Below are positions 1 to 13,300 of a stretch of 64,000 nt of DNA, piece by piece. The position numbers were made by a program, and so were the translations under genes. Source of the DNA: Tubulanus polymorphus (lineage: Eukaryota > Animalia > Nemertea); the NCBI RefSeq assembly GCF_964204645.1, contig NC_134026.1, forward strand, positions 20,308,150 to 20,372,149, in the 5' to 3' direction. Under the pieces are notes generated by a model, which saw only the letters and a program-made list of their open reading frames with translations, did no database searches and was not told where the DNA came from. Each line of letters begins with the position of its first letter. Positions within the stretch are counted from its first letter, which is position 1.

Positions 1-881
1 TTAGTTTTCTTAATTCAACAGTCGATTCAATAACTCAAAAAGCCGGTTCGACAGCTATAGGTTGAAAGGCACGCAATTGAATTCTTACTTATAACTAAGT
101 GAACTCATATAATTTGGAACTTGGTCCAGACTATATATAAGGTAAAATAGTCACTGCTACCAATTGATAGGTACGGTTTGCGATAGACGAAAATGAAATG
201 CCTCTAAAACGAATCGAATGATACCGTGGTTCTCGTGAAACTGATAGTTGCCAATAATCATTCTACGTATAGCTAGCTCACAGTACACGCACCAACCGAC
301 ACCATTTTTATGGCGTAAAAGATTCTTTTTATGCGGTAGTTTCCTTCATGACGTTTTTCTTCAATCTGCACAATTAATTTACTTTGATCTGACGTCTTTT
401 CGAGATCGTCGAAAATCATCTTTGCCGGGTTGGTTGCGCGGCTCAACCGCTTTCTATAAATATCCCAGCAAATTCGAGATAAAGATCAAAGCAAAGCCCC
501 TGAAGTGGGTGTAGGTTCGAATTTGCAATTAACTCGACAGCGCTTAGCCCGAGGTCCTGTCGCATAACGGCTGAGCAGCGGAATGCTTCCATTCCAATAA
601 TGATATGACCGTCATTTCCCATACTGCATGAGACAACAAAAAATCCATACCACCATACCACGGACATCGCTTGATCGACGCTGACATAATGTCAGTTAGA
701 AGATTCGATTCCAAGCTACGAAGCACGTTGCCCGTGTACCGTTTTGTGGTCTTCGTTAATCGAAATTGAAAAGCTGAGCGTGTGACGATGCGCTACGTGT
801 AGTGAGCTCAGCGCTAATGATTTGTTCACGCACAGCTTAAAGCGTCGATGGATTTTTATATGATTAACATGATGACGAGGG

Positions 882-1190
882 ATGAAAATTTCACACTCCA
901 CGGAGCTAAAAGCGCTTAAAGAGCTGTCGCGTACTATCGATGAGCTGCTGCAACAAAGAGTGGGTCCCTATACAAACCATATCTGGTGTGTATTGAAGGA
1001 TGTAGTTTTAAGATCGTGTAAAGCCATCAGATATCAAAAGATACCATCAAAGCTTTACTTTCAGAATTCTGTGGACATAGTGACTGGCTGTATGGGGGGA
1101 TATTTTGCACGTATGGTGGATATTCTATCACCGACTTATGCCAAGCATGTACGCGCGAACGTCATCGACGACGCGTCATCGAAAGCATGA
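882..1190 (+). other. Possible terminal exons of an upstream gene or pseudogene
   Basis: Helical-looking ELKALKELSRTIDELLQQR with a GT donor at 960 and a tttcag acceptor at 1065 in frame to the stop at 1190. The upstream frame is broken and no family was recognised. Confidence 0.25.
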
Positions 1191-3673
1191 ACTCAACAAT
1201 GTCCTACTTATTGGGTGGGGTTTATTTACAATCTAGGCATCATTTCGACTGAATAAGGCTGTGCGTGTTTCAGATGGAACTATTCTTCTGCGATATTGTC
1301 TTTATTTTCTTCTGCACATGCGAAGTGCTAAAAATGAAAAAAATGATTAGGCCTAAGTATTTCAAATCTCCCTCCTCGCAACATTTGACTCCGATCAAAT
1401 GGAATCTTCATCTCCACTTCATCCTAATCTGTAGTTATTCAAACTTATGGCAGTATCGATTCCGATAAGATTCAGATGAGCTCGCGGGTCTCCGCTCGGA
1501 ACAAGCGATAAAATAGTAACCTTTCGTATTTACTGGCGATTCTGTATTCATATCTCGCATATCTTGCGGTATCATCCATCAAAATGTTATTATTCCTTCA
1601 CCGATTTCTTCCCTCCATCCGGGCAGGCTATTTGCGGGTTGAATGATATTCTTGGCCAGCCGCTCGCGCAATATCACGAGAGGATTCACAAATTCGTTCG
1701 TCTTTCGCTGTCACGTTGTGTATTAGCATATATCTAATGATTATCATTATTCTATCATTCATAACCATGGAAAATGACGATATGATGCAATGATGTGACA
1801 TTCATATTCAGACAGCCGGCTGTAGTTTGATGGGATTTTAATCAACTGCCGCATGAGCGTTGGAGCATTGCGTCGCGTCTGGTTTATCAAATATTGGTTT
1901 ATAGTAAAAGCAAGTGAGATATAAGCTGACTGGTATAGTTCCACGTTGTGCGTGTTCTTTTTAACAACGCCGACATTTTGTTTTTGTTCGCTGGACTTTT
2001 TAACTTCTTGAAATATCGATTGACGAATTCTCTCGGCACAGTATAAAAGGTAATGCACGGACGCCATATACATCAATTCACACGCATCATATTTGGCGCG
2101 TCAGTCAGACAATCGTCATGATCTAAACATTCTGGATTTCCAGGGATGGTTAAAATCTTCATTTAACAATTCTTGCCCCCATTTTGGAATGATTTAGAAA
2201 AAGTTAAGTTCAAAAATTCAAAAAAGTGTATTCGTTTTAAGAAAAGGGCGAAAATACCATGTTTACCGATGAATTACCGATGTTTACCGTGAATTTTTTA
2301 CGGATCTTTCCGGTTAAAAAAGAACGGATTTTCTAAATTTTTCCCGCGGCCCCTTGTTTTTAACTTTATGAAATAATGATTAGAGTTTGTTATGTCCTGA
2401 CCGACACTTCATCAGAATTGGAAACCTTTGTATAGGTATAAATTTAGAAATATTGTAAATGAACGTTTTATTGTATCCATGAAGTCATTTTTCGTCCATT
2501 CTAACCATCATTTTGTATCCACTCAATATGGCTAATAATGTCACAGGCAGCTGTCATTTCTAACGATTAGCGTGTTTACAGTTGTATGGATTGGAACAAC
2601 GACGTTGATTTTTCAATTTGTCCAGCTGCACGCGCATCGCTAACGATTCAAACGGATCCACCAGAAACCAACAGACCGTGGGTGCTTGTAAATGTACACA
2701 CACGTGTCATACAGAGTACGTTTTTATTCAACGTATTCGGTTTACACAGCTTTATTTAGCGTGATTCCTGTTTATTATCGAAAACAATTCCGATTAAACT
2801 TCACAATCTACATCATAGGTTAACGGATGTGCTTTAGGAATTCATCATTGCTGTTGATCTTACAACTCTTATAATAACCGCTGTTGAAATCTTCTTGAAA
2901 TCGATTTCGCGCTTAAAAAAGTGTACGTTCGTTTTCGGTATGTATCTATGTATGTGTGGTTCAGGAGACTGCGTTGCGATTGTGCGCCGCTGAGGCACGG
3001 AGCATGGCCAATGTAATTCCCATATCAACTTCTTATCCGGCAGGATAAGGCAGCGGGAAATGAACACACTACTGTCGTGATTCGTATTTCATATACTATA
3101 TTAATTGCCGCTCCTACTATTTCCAGTTTAATATAGCGTTTTTCGTTTTAGTTTTGCTAGTAACTTGAGATTTGCTGAATCATTTACATATTCAAATGAT
3201 AACTTAGATATATTCATACGAGGTTAGGTCACATTTTCTGATATTTCTTGATTGTATTGTATGATATTTCTTCATTTTATTCGATTGATCTTTGTATTTG
3301 CAAATACTCAGTTTCGTTATGTCAAAGAACCCTAATCGTTGTTTTATTTTGCATTTGAATCAAATTGCATCGTTTAGTTCCACTGTGAGGATATTCAAGT
3401 TCATCGCAGCGTTCTCCGAGGCGATCTATAGAGCGCAGATTTATCCTGAAAGTTCGGAATAAATCAGGCTTGAATGTTTGCTTGTTTTCATTTCAGATTT
3501 CTGTTAAGTGCGTTTATCGAAATCCAAGCACGCAGCGTTTGTCTTATACTGCGTGCAGACGAGATACCAAACGCCGAGGCATAACACCGACAGAGACCGT
3601 GTTGATGGAATCCACTTTATCGCGATTACGAACATGGAGACAACGGCTAGTCGTTTGTTAGGATTTGTTCGGA

Positions 3674-4356
3674 ATGCTCAGTAGCCTTCGTCAGACGGAA
3701 ATAATGGGTATTTTACTGCTGATGTTATTAGCTGTCCTGAATAACCCGGACTCGTCGGTGCAACATCAGTCTTCCGACGATTACAACGCGCACCGCGATG
3801 TCGATTCGTATCACGAAACGTGGACGTTCCACGAATTGCTATCGAACGCCGGTTTCCGATGTCGCCCGGGATATTTTCTCAGCGCGATCAACGAATCTTT
3901 GTCGAAATACGAACGTCACAACGCGACATCGCCGCCGATTTCGGCAATTCTGTCTTTATCGGACGCGAAAGCGGATGATTTAGATTCTTCTTTTCGGGAT
4001 TCACCTTGCCCGAGCGTGGCTAGGTGTTTGGGCTACCAGGCTTGTTCGTTTAAGTTCGGCGGCCAGTTCTGTCGCACGGATCCTATTCCGGGTTTCCGCA
4101 AATACTTGATCGTTAACGTTACCTGCGCTCGCGATCGATTCCACGTCGACTTGATCAAGAATCTGGCCAGCGCGGTTTTACGAGAGAAATTGAGAAACAG
4201 CACCGAGTACTACAAATATATCTATTTCAAACCTTTGAGCGAACGTAACTTACAGCTGTTCAAATACGGCAACGTCAAATTGAAAGAACACTTAATTCAC
4301 GAAGATGAAATCAATATGATTCAATGCCCGAACGTGGAAGACGCTTTCAGTTTTGG
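3674..4356 (+). CDS. First coding exon of the XYLT-like gene: signal peptide/anchor plus SUEL (galactose/rhamnose-binding) lectin-like domain
   Basis: Hydrophobic MGILLLMLLAVL. CLGYQACSF...FCRTDPIPGFRKYLIVNVTC resembles the SUEL C-terminal consensus DPCPG..KYL.V.Y.C. Donor GTAAGT at 4357. Confidence 0.7.
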
Positions 4357-7300
4357 GTAAGTCCTTTTTAGGATCTTGTTCGCCTTCATCAAATTCTAGT
4401 TTTTGTTAAGTTATGCCGCGTGCGTTCGGCTTTGTTTAATTGAATAAAAATTCAATTCGTCATTGAAGCTACGTGGGGGACTGCTCTCGGCGACCGCCCG
4501 ACCAAAGACAGGTGAACGAAGATTTGTGGCATGTTCTCGCGAGGTATGTTAGTCTATAGTAAACTCGTTAGATGTTATGTATTTCTTAAATAAGCCTCGA
4601 TCACACGAAGATGGTTTGGGCCGGGCCAAATTGGCACAGATCAGGCCCGAGGCAAATTTGGCCCGTGCTCTAATTCGAGAGCGCGTTCACACGCAAATCA
4701 CTCGCTCACTCGATACTAAACAATGCTTTAACAAAGTTAAGTGGGTCGTTTCTTGTCAATTCACATGCAATGATTTGACCCGTGCTTAAATTTGGCTTGG
4801 GCCTGATCCGACGTTTTTGGTCGGGCCAGATTTGGGCCGGAACGACTGTTCACGCGGGTGCCAAATTTGCCTATGCCTATTTGGTCCGGGACGGAAATGC
4901 CCGTGTGATCGTGGCTAAAAAGTATCGTAACTAATATCCGAGTTGAACGGTTATCCGAGTTGATCGGATCCGACTCGGGCGGAGTCTACTGTATATTGTT
5001 CCATTTATATTTCAATCGCTGCTGATGCTATAGCGTCAAAAGCGCTTTCGTCTTTACTTGAAATATAATGGCTGTATATACCAGCTGCGTCTGATAAGCC
5101 GTTTGTTAAGACACCTTTATCACATCCCACATTCGTATGGTTTCTCCAATTTGATCTTGCGAGTGCAGTTCAAATTACCTCGTTCTTTTGTAAGGTGTCC
5201 CCTGGCCAAATGTCGCCGAGAAATTCTACAGGTTTATTGCGCTTATAAGTACAATCACGACGCAAAATGTTTACCTCCGCAGCTCGTCAAAAACGTAAGT
5301 ACAGTGAGAATTTTTTTTTTTGACTAATTGCCATAATGACCTTCGGCCGTTGTTGATGAGTTTCGTCAAATGAAAGATTATGTCCTTTCAATTTGCCTTT
5401 CAATAACCCCATAACGATTTCGGGTTCGAAGTTGTACAATACGTCGGTTTTGGACATTTCTTTAAAAACCTATTTTATAAACCTATTTTTCTATGAAAAC
5501 GCTTTGATGTTGTTTGAACGAAAAAATCTGAACTCTCGTCGTTTACAGGGATCACTATCCGAAGGAACATTTGAGTTCAGTTATTCGAGTCTTCCCGAAA
5601 ATGGCATCCGTCCGAATATATCGCATTACAAACGCAGTAAGTACTCGGTTTCATGGTCGCAGTATTGTACTGCTCAGCAGGGCTTTCATGTAGAAACGCT
5701 CTGTTTTGAAAACGAATAAAAACCCACAGTTAGATCTGTAAAAACAGTTTAAAACAGTGATGAGGCTTAGTTAAAGCCTTGAAACTGTAAGGAAAATAAA
5801 CTGTTTTTACAAATCTAACTGTGGGTTTTTATTTGTTTACTCTACACTGAGATTGATATCAGTTAATTGCAGCTCTGATTTGATCTTAAGCTAGGGAGCG
5901 ACCCTATAATTAATCATTCATTTGATTTGTTTTGATTTGGTGTCCCTTTTACAAACCCAAACGTCCAAGTTCTCTCATGTACAGCGAATTGCTGAACTGT
6001 GAAAATACGTCAACTAATCGAGTACTTAGATAACTGTATTTTTAACTGAACATGGTAGTGATCAATACCTGTATTACTTTGTGTCTTCTGTATTGTATGA
6101 TCTTTTTAGACCTCCTTATACAATCAATTTTAGTCAGGAGAATAAAGTTATATCTTATCTTATCTTATCTTATCTTATCACCGTATTGCGGTTTTGTTCA
6201 TGTCTGACTTGATGCATAGAAATCATAAATGCCCTATACAAAGAAACTTAGTATAAGATTAGCTTAATCAATCCAAAGATGTTAATAGATTATCGAATGT
6301 TTAACATCCAGTTACGCCATTCAAATTACAATTGTTGTCAGTGGCATATGCAATAATACAACATAATAACCTTAAATTGCTTTGAATGAATTTAGTTTCA
6401 GAACCGTTTCTGAAAATTGAGCAGGAAGCGGCGTTACTAATTTTACGGCTGCTAGGACACAATGCATTTCTGCCGTAATGAGCCATATTTAAAATAACAT
6501 CGATCATTCGAACATCCGTGTACATTGTGCATAAACCCTTTCGCTGTCGTCCAATCTTGGCGACAAAATGACAAATTAGCTTGACATAGCCTAATTAACT
6601 TTGATATTCCGTCCTTTGATTCGGTGGGATGGATTCATCTGCTTGTGACAGACGCTGTCTAATAACTAATAACAAACACTAATGAACGTAATACGACACG
6701 AATTTATTCCATTGTAGTTTACCACGACGAACACATGGGTCTGATACCGACTCGGCTCGGCTTCTTGCTGTTGGTACATACTGCTGAAAATTCTGTGGTA
6801 AGGCGGTATGAAAAAAATATGACTAACGATTATTTCGATTGATCTCTAGAATGGATAAGTATATGCATTACATATCCTCCTTCAATGAAAAAGTTGATGA
6901 CATTTTGAAAAGGTACATGGGTGGCTCTAGGATTCTTGAACAAAACGAGCGGCAATGATTTGCCACTGTATGCGTAACTTTCTTAAGACAGGTCGTGAAA
7001 ATATTATCTAGCAAAAAATAGGTGGAAGGGCCCGGGCAGCTTCGGCCCCTTGTACCTAAAACTAGAGATTTTCTCACGGTAAGAGAATGGTGCCCTAAAA
7101 ACACCTCGAAACGATATAAGCAAACATGCGCCATTAGAAATTTTAGAGAGAGTGAAATCATTACGACTCGATATTAGATGAAAGCACCTTATAGTTACAA
7201 AATAGCAGCTTGAACTAGAGAGAAACCTGTCAATTCGGGTAGGAAACAGTTAGTTAATAGCACCCCTTCGCGCGAACGGTCATTGTGATTCAATTACTCG

Positions 7301-10300
7301 TAAAAGCTTTCAAAGGCTATTTTCTAAGTTTGTTCGTTCGTCTTTTCAGGGAGAACTTCTCGAGCAGATATATAGGCCTTGGCATTATTATGTGATACAC
7401 ATAGACGTGCGGGCGACGGAATTCAGACGAAAAACGTCGAAGGTTTTAGATGACTATTTCCCGAATAAAACAAACATTAGAATTCTACCTCTAGAAAGGT
7501 TTTCAACAGCTTACATTCTCAATCGTTAAAAGTCGGGCGTAGGTCGGCCTTGCGACGGCTTGTGACTCGATTCCCTGCATCGGCCAGCGACGCTAGTCGC
7601 CGCACATTGTTGTTCTTTCTACGACGCTCCCGTCTATGGGCAGCCATCCCCGCCAAAGAGACTTTTAAGTCGTCATGTGAAGGGTAAACCCATAACGTGA
7701 AGTATAATGTAGTAATGTGAAGGATAAACTCATTCACATCAACTTCACGTTATGGGTTTATCCTTCATATGACAATAACTCGTCTGTTTGGCGGGGATGG
7801 CCGCCATACACGTCGCTCCTAGTCGCAACCGACCTACGCGCTCTCTGGACTGACAGAAACTAGTCGCACACCGTCGTTGACAATCGAGTGGGGTACCTCA
7901 TTTCAATGCAAATTGATTCACTTTATCTTTTCAGATCCTTTATCACCTCGTGGGGATCGTATGGAATCCTTCGCGCTGAATTAGAGGTAAATCTACGATA
8001 ATAAGTACCTGCATCTTAACGTTTAATGTACGGAGATTCGTTAGGTGGCATCGATGTGGTTTAGTCAGGTCCGATTGAAGACATTTTAGGCTAGATATTG
8101 TGATAAACATCACTTCCTGTACAACCAAGACGGTTAGCTGGCATACGAGCTTACTAGTGGATATTTCGTTGACTATACTATCGTACGGTGGCTGATTCGG
8201 GCCAAACCAAAATCTTTCGACCGAAAACAAATTTGATAGCGAGAAAACTAATATTCACGTGAGAAAACAAACATTTGGCACGAGAAAACAAAATGATTTA
8301 TTTTTGCGATCCCGCCAAGTAAACTAGTTTTCTTGCCCCGCCAAAAGAAATATGAACGCGAGAAAACAAATATTTCGGGCGAGAAAACATAATAATTTGT
8401 TTGTTTTCTTGCGCTAAATATTTCTCGCGAGAGAACAAATGTTTAGCATGAGATGCGCGCTAAATTTTTTTTTTCTCGCATTAATTTTTGTTTTCTCGCT
8501 ATAAAATTTGTTTTCATCATTATCTTTTTGATACTTGAAAAACTTCGGCGTGGCCTGAATCAGCCACCATATTATTGTGACCGGTGTTGCTGAAATTCTG
8601 CAGTGGCCACGGGTGAAAATAAGTAGGTCACACCATGGACTCTAAATAGTTCTAGAATCAATGGTCACACTAACCCCACGCGAAATCATCAGAATGATAT
8701 TTAGTTATTAACAACTGACTATTAACTATGAGGATATCCTGTAATGACCTCTGAATAGGTAGAAGGGCACGCATATCACGTTTTTTTCTCTATAATATCA
8801 CAGGGCATAGAAGAGCTGTTGCGGATGGGAATTTGGGACTTTATGATAAATCTAAGCGGAGCTGACTTAACGCTTCGAAACATCGAAGATTTGGAATTCC
8901 AACTTGCGTCACACCGAGGTATACAACACTCGTCCTATTAACTTTCGTTTGCAATCTGATCAGGGTTCCACATTAGCTAAACCAACTTTTTTGAACCGAT
9001 CACTGCACTCAACGTTACTATTTGCATAAACAGTACATTTCGCTAACCACATATCTCGATCAATTTCATTAAGGTGAAACGCTGCTAAGGTTGAATAAGG
9101 TTGCACCCCTCGATGAACCAATTAAACGAACTATCTGGTAGGCATCATTTGGCAAATTGTAGGATCTTATGTATAAGGTGTAGAATGGCTCCTTATTATC
9201 ATGTATGTTTATATGCACATATTCATCAGGTACAGTTGCGGTGGATATGTGTACAATGTGTCTATGTCGAAGTCGGAATCTTCGATAATGCGCCAAAGCG
9301 CCTCCCAGTGGGGAATATACAGTCACCAATTCATGAACTATATTGTTTCGAAAAACCGCGGAAAAGACGTCGACGGCCTTCAGTTTGCCATGGAAACGTC
9401 TTTCATTCAAGACGAGCTGTACATGTTATCGATGCTAAAGAAATCACACTTGAAGTGAGTTGTCTCTACTGTTTAAGTCGTTTTACTTCGTAACTGTTGT
9501 GTCACCATTCTCTAAACCGATTGCAAATCGTTTGAATATTATCATAAGGTGTTTCCGTTCGTTCGGCAGAAAACCCTATTGTTATCCTCGTGATATCATC
9601 TTCCTGATAACAACGATGATGAAGTAATGATCATTAGGAAAACAACAAAAGGGTTTTCCGCAAAACGAACAAAATCCCTAATTTTTTTTCGAATAGCATA
9701 TTATAATTACATTACGAAATCCATGATAATTTTGTAGATCAACGTTAAAATCTGCTGGCGTACTTTACATGAAGGATTTCGTCGCGGATAACGCTCTAAT
9801 GCTATGTAGGCATTCAGAACACGTAGATGCTTGTGGGAGGGTAGGTGCCACAAATGTAGTAGACATCTCGATACTCTTTGTGTTCTGCAATTTAGAAAAA
9901 AAATCATTTCAGGGTCCCGGAGACGTGAGATATGTAGACGTCGAACACATCATGGAGCAATCGAACAATTTTGCGTTCGCGCGAAAATTCAGTACCGACT
10001 ACAATAGCCGAACAAGGAAATTGATATCCGCATGGGGCCAAGAAGGCTACTACAAGCACATAGGAGATATGCTGCCTAGACATTTTACGGAGTAAGTCGA
10101 CAACTAGTTAGTACTTCAAAGTAAAATTACAATATCGAAACTTGATTATTGACAATGAGATCTTTAGATTGATGTGATATCTATTTCTCCTTGATTCAAT
10201 AGTATACAAAAATAATTTCGATACGAAAAGTTTTTACATAATCGTTCATTCACTGCCATTACATTGATAATCGATCAGTCTGGTTTTTTCGCGAATATAT

Positions 10301-13300
10301 GAACGACAGTGACCCGCATAACGAAGAATCTCGAGTTCCTCCTTTGATTTGAGGATAAGATGTTTCTCGACTTAATTTGCTTGTCCGATTTCTTCTGTAT
10401 CGCATTCGTTATTTCACTAGTCCTTACCTGTTTTGCGATGGTCGGTTAAAAAGTAACTTTATTCGTGCCTTTGTTCGTTGAATTGATTTCTTGGCTATTG
10501 ATTTCTTCCGACTCTATTTTTGTTTGTCTTGATTTTTTTCTCCGATATTACCTACTCGTAAACGAATTCGTGATTTTCTTTGTAGTCAGTTAGCCACATT
10601 AGTCGGTGAAAATGTCCGCAGCGAAGGTGTTTCATCGACAGAACTTCTACGAGTGACGAGCTACCGTAAATTGATATCGTCAAATCCCTGTTGTCAACAG
10701 TTAAACGCTCGAGGTTTCTTGCTGGCTTACGAATACGTTTTTATCGTTGAAGCTAATTTGGTAAGTGTAGCTAACTCGATTCCCTTCACGTATCAAACAA
10801 GATTCTTATATCGTTGGCTTTTTTATTACTTGAAACATGTTGATATAATCTTAATAATTATCCTCTAGAAATTTAATGATGGTACGCAGACATCTTACAG
10901 AGCTGCATTTGTGAGTATAAATTTCGTGTAATAATGTGTTCTAGATGGAAGTCTATCCAATCATTCGACTCATTGTCCACTTCAAAATTGACCCAATGGT
11001 CAAGGCACTATTTCCTTGAAAATAATGTATGTTAGAATTTTGACTTCAAATGGGAAAGTCAAAAGTCTGAGGACCCTCATATCCTGGTTCCCGTGGATGC
11101 AATACTAAAATTTTTATTGATGTTAGTAATAGGGGTAATGGGCTTTCAGGCCAAAGGTCGAAGGGTCGAGCTCATTAAAAAATGAAAAATATGAAAATAA
11201 TAACAATTTCTACTTGAATTAGTCGCGAAACTCATAAAAAATGAAAAATAATTCTCACACACTCGAGTTGGGATGAAACCATCCATTAATTTAAGAGAAA
11301 AATTAAACAGTTCATAAAATATTTGCTAGTTTTTAATTAAATATTTTATAATCATTTTAAGAATATTAAACTTTTAAATGATTAAATCAAATAACAATTA
11401 AATTTACAGCCAAACAATTTAACATTTCAACAGTCTAACAATTTATCATTTCAACTGTCAAACAATTTATCATTTCAACTGTCAAACAATTTATCATTTC
11501 AACTGTCAAACAATTTATCATTTCAACTGTCAAACAATTTATCACTTCAACTGTCAAACAATTTATCATTTCAACTGTCAAACAATTTATCATTTCAACT
11601 GTCAAACAATTTATCATTTCAACTGTTAAACAATTTATCATTTCAACAGTCGAACAATTTATCATTTCAACTGTCAAACAATTTATCATTTCAACTGTCG
11701 AACAATTTATCATTTCAACTGTCAAACAATTTATCATTTCAACTGTCGAACAATTTATCATTTCAACTGTCAAACAATTTATCATTTCAACTGTCTTATC
11801 ATTTCAACAGTCAAACAATTTATCATTTTAACTGTCAAACAATTTATCATTTCAACTGTTAAACAATTTATCATTTCAACAGTCGAACAATTTATCATTT
11901 CAACTGTCAAACAATTTATCATTTCAACTGTCGAACAATTTATCATTTCAACTGTCGAACAATTTATCATTTCAACTGTCAAACAATTTATCATTTCAAC
12001 TGTCAAACAATTTATCATTTCAACTGTCAAACAATTTATCATTTCAACTGTCAAACAATTTATCATTTCAACTGTCAAACAATTTATCATTTCAACTGTC
12101 AAACAATTTATCATTTCAGCTGTCAAACAATTTATCATTTCAGCTGTCAAATAATTTATCATTTCAACTGTCAAACAATTTATCATTTCAACTGTCAAAC
12201 AATTTATCATTTCAACTGTCAAACAATTTATCATTTAACAGTCTATTAGATATTTAAATCATTTAACTCAATTCAATAATTATAATGTAGAATTGTTACT
12301 CTTTACGCCAGTTTTTATGTTTAATTGTTTCATAATGCTTTGATTTATGTGATTTTAAGTATTTACCTCCGCAATAACAATGAATTTTTTCATTAGGATT
12401 GAATTTTCTAAATTCATCATCTAAATCACATTGAACTGCAATATCTTTAAATGATTTTTCATTATCTAATTCACATTGAATTCCAATATTTGATGAATTT
12501 TCATTATAGATAATTTGTTTATTATCAAAATTGAAATAATATAATTGTCTTTTTTCAATTCTTAAGTTAATCAAATCATTGTAATCTTTTGAAAGTATTA
12601 TATCATCATTTCTTTCATTGAAAGGGATTTGAAGTATATTTATTATGTTTTCATCTAAAGTTCCTTTAAAATTTAAAACTGTATTGAATATTTTAGGATT
12701 TTTAACGCCATTATCAAAAGTATCTACTAGTTCAGTAATTAAATATGTTTCATTTGATGATATTTGATTAATCATAGTAATGTCATCAATTTTATAATAC
12801 CTTGCGGACACTAAATTTGTTGCTGAAATATAATTTTTAATGTTAAATAATGAAAATGATTTATTGGTTTCTTTTATTTCGATTTTAAAGTTGGGTTCTT
12901 CTTCTGTCTTCATTTTAATAACAAAACTTTTATTAAAACTCATTCAAATATAAATATTCAATGTTTTAAATATGAATTATTTCACTCACACTTTTATATT
13001 GAATAATCTATCAATTTATATGTTATTCATATATATTTTATTCATGTATATGAATATTTTAAGAGTAATAGGGGTAATGGGCTTTCAGGTTAAAGGTTTC
13101 ATTAAAAAATGAAAAATATGAAAATAATAACAATTTCTACTTGAATTAGGAGTGAAACTCGTAAAAAATGAAAAATAATTCTCACACGCTCGAATTTATT
13201 TCACTCACACTTTACTCACACTTTTTTCTAGCGAGTAAAAATGAAAAATAAATTCGAGTGTGTGAGAATTATTTTTCATTTTTTATGAGTTTCGCGACTA

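Noticed and set aside
9769-10095. End of the glycosyltransferase gene at the TAA at 10095
   Set aside because: The TAA lies within a GTAAGT donor, and the downstream exons continue in phase with Xylo_C-like motifs.
11411-12243. CRISPR array
   Set aside because: Units are head-to-tail with no unique spacers, there are no cas genes, and the context is a eukaryotic intron.
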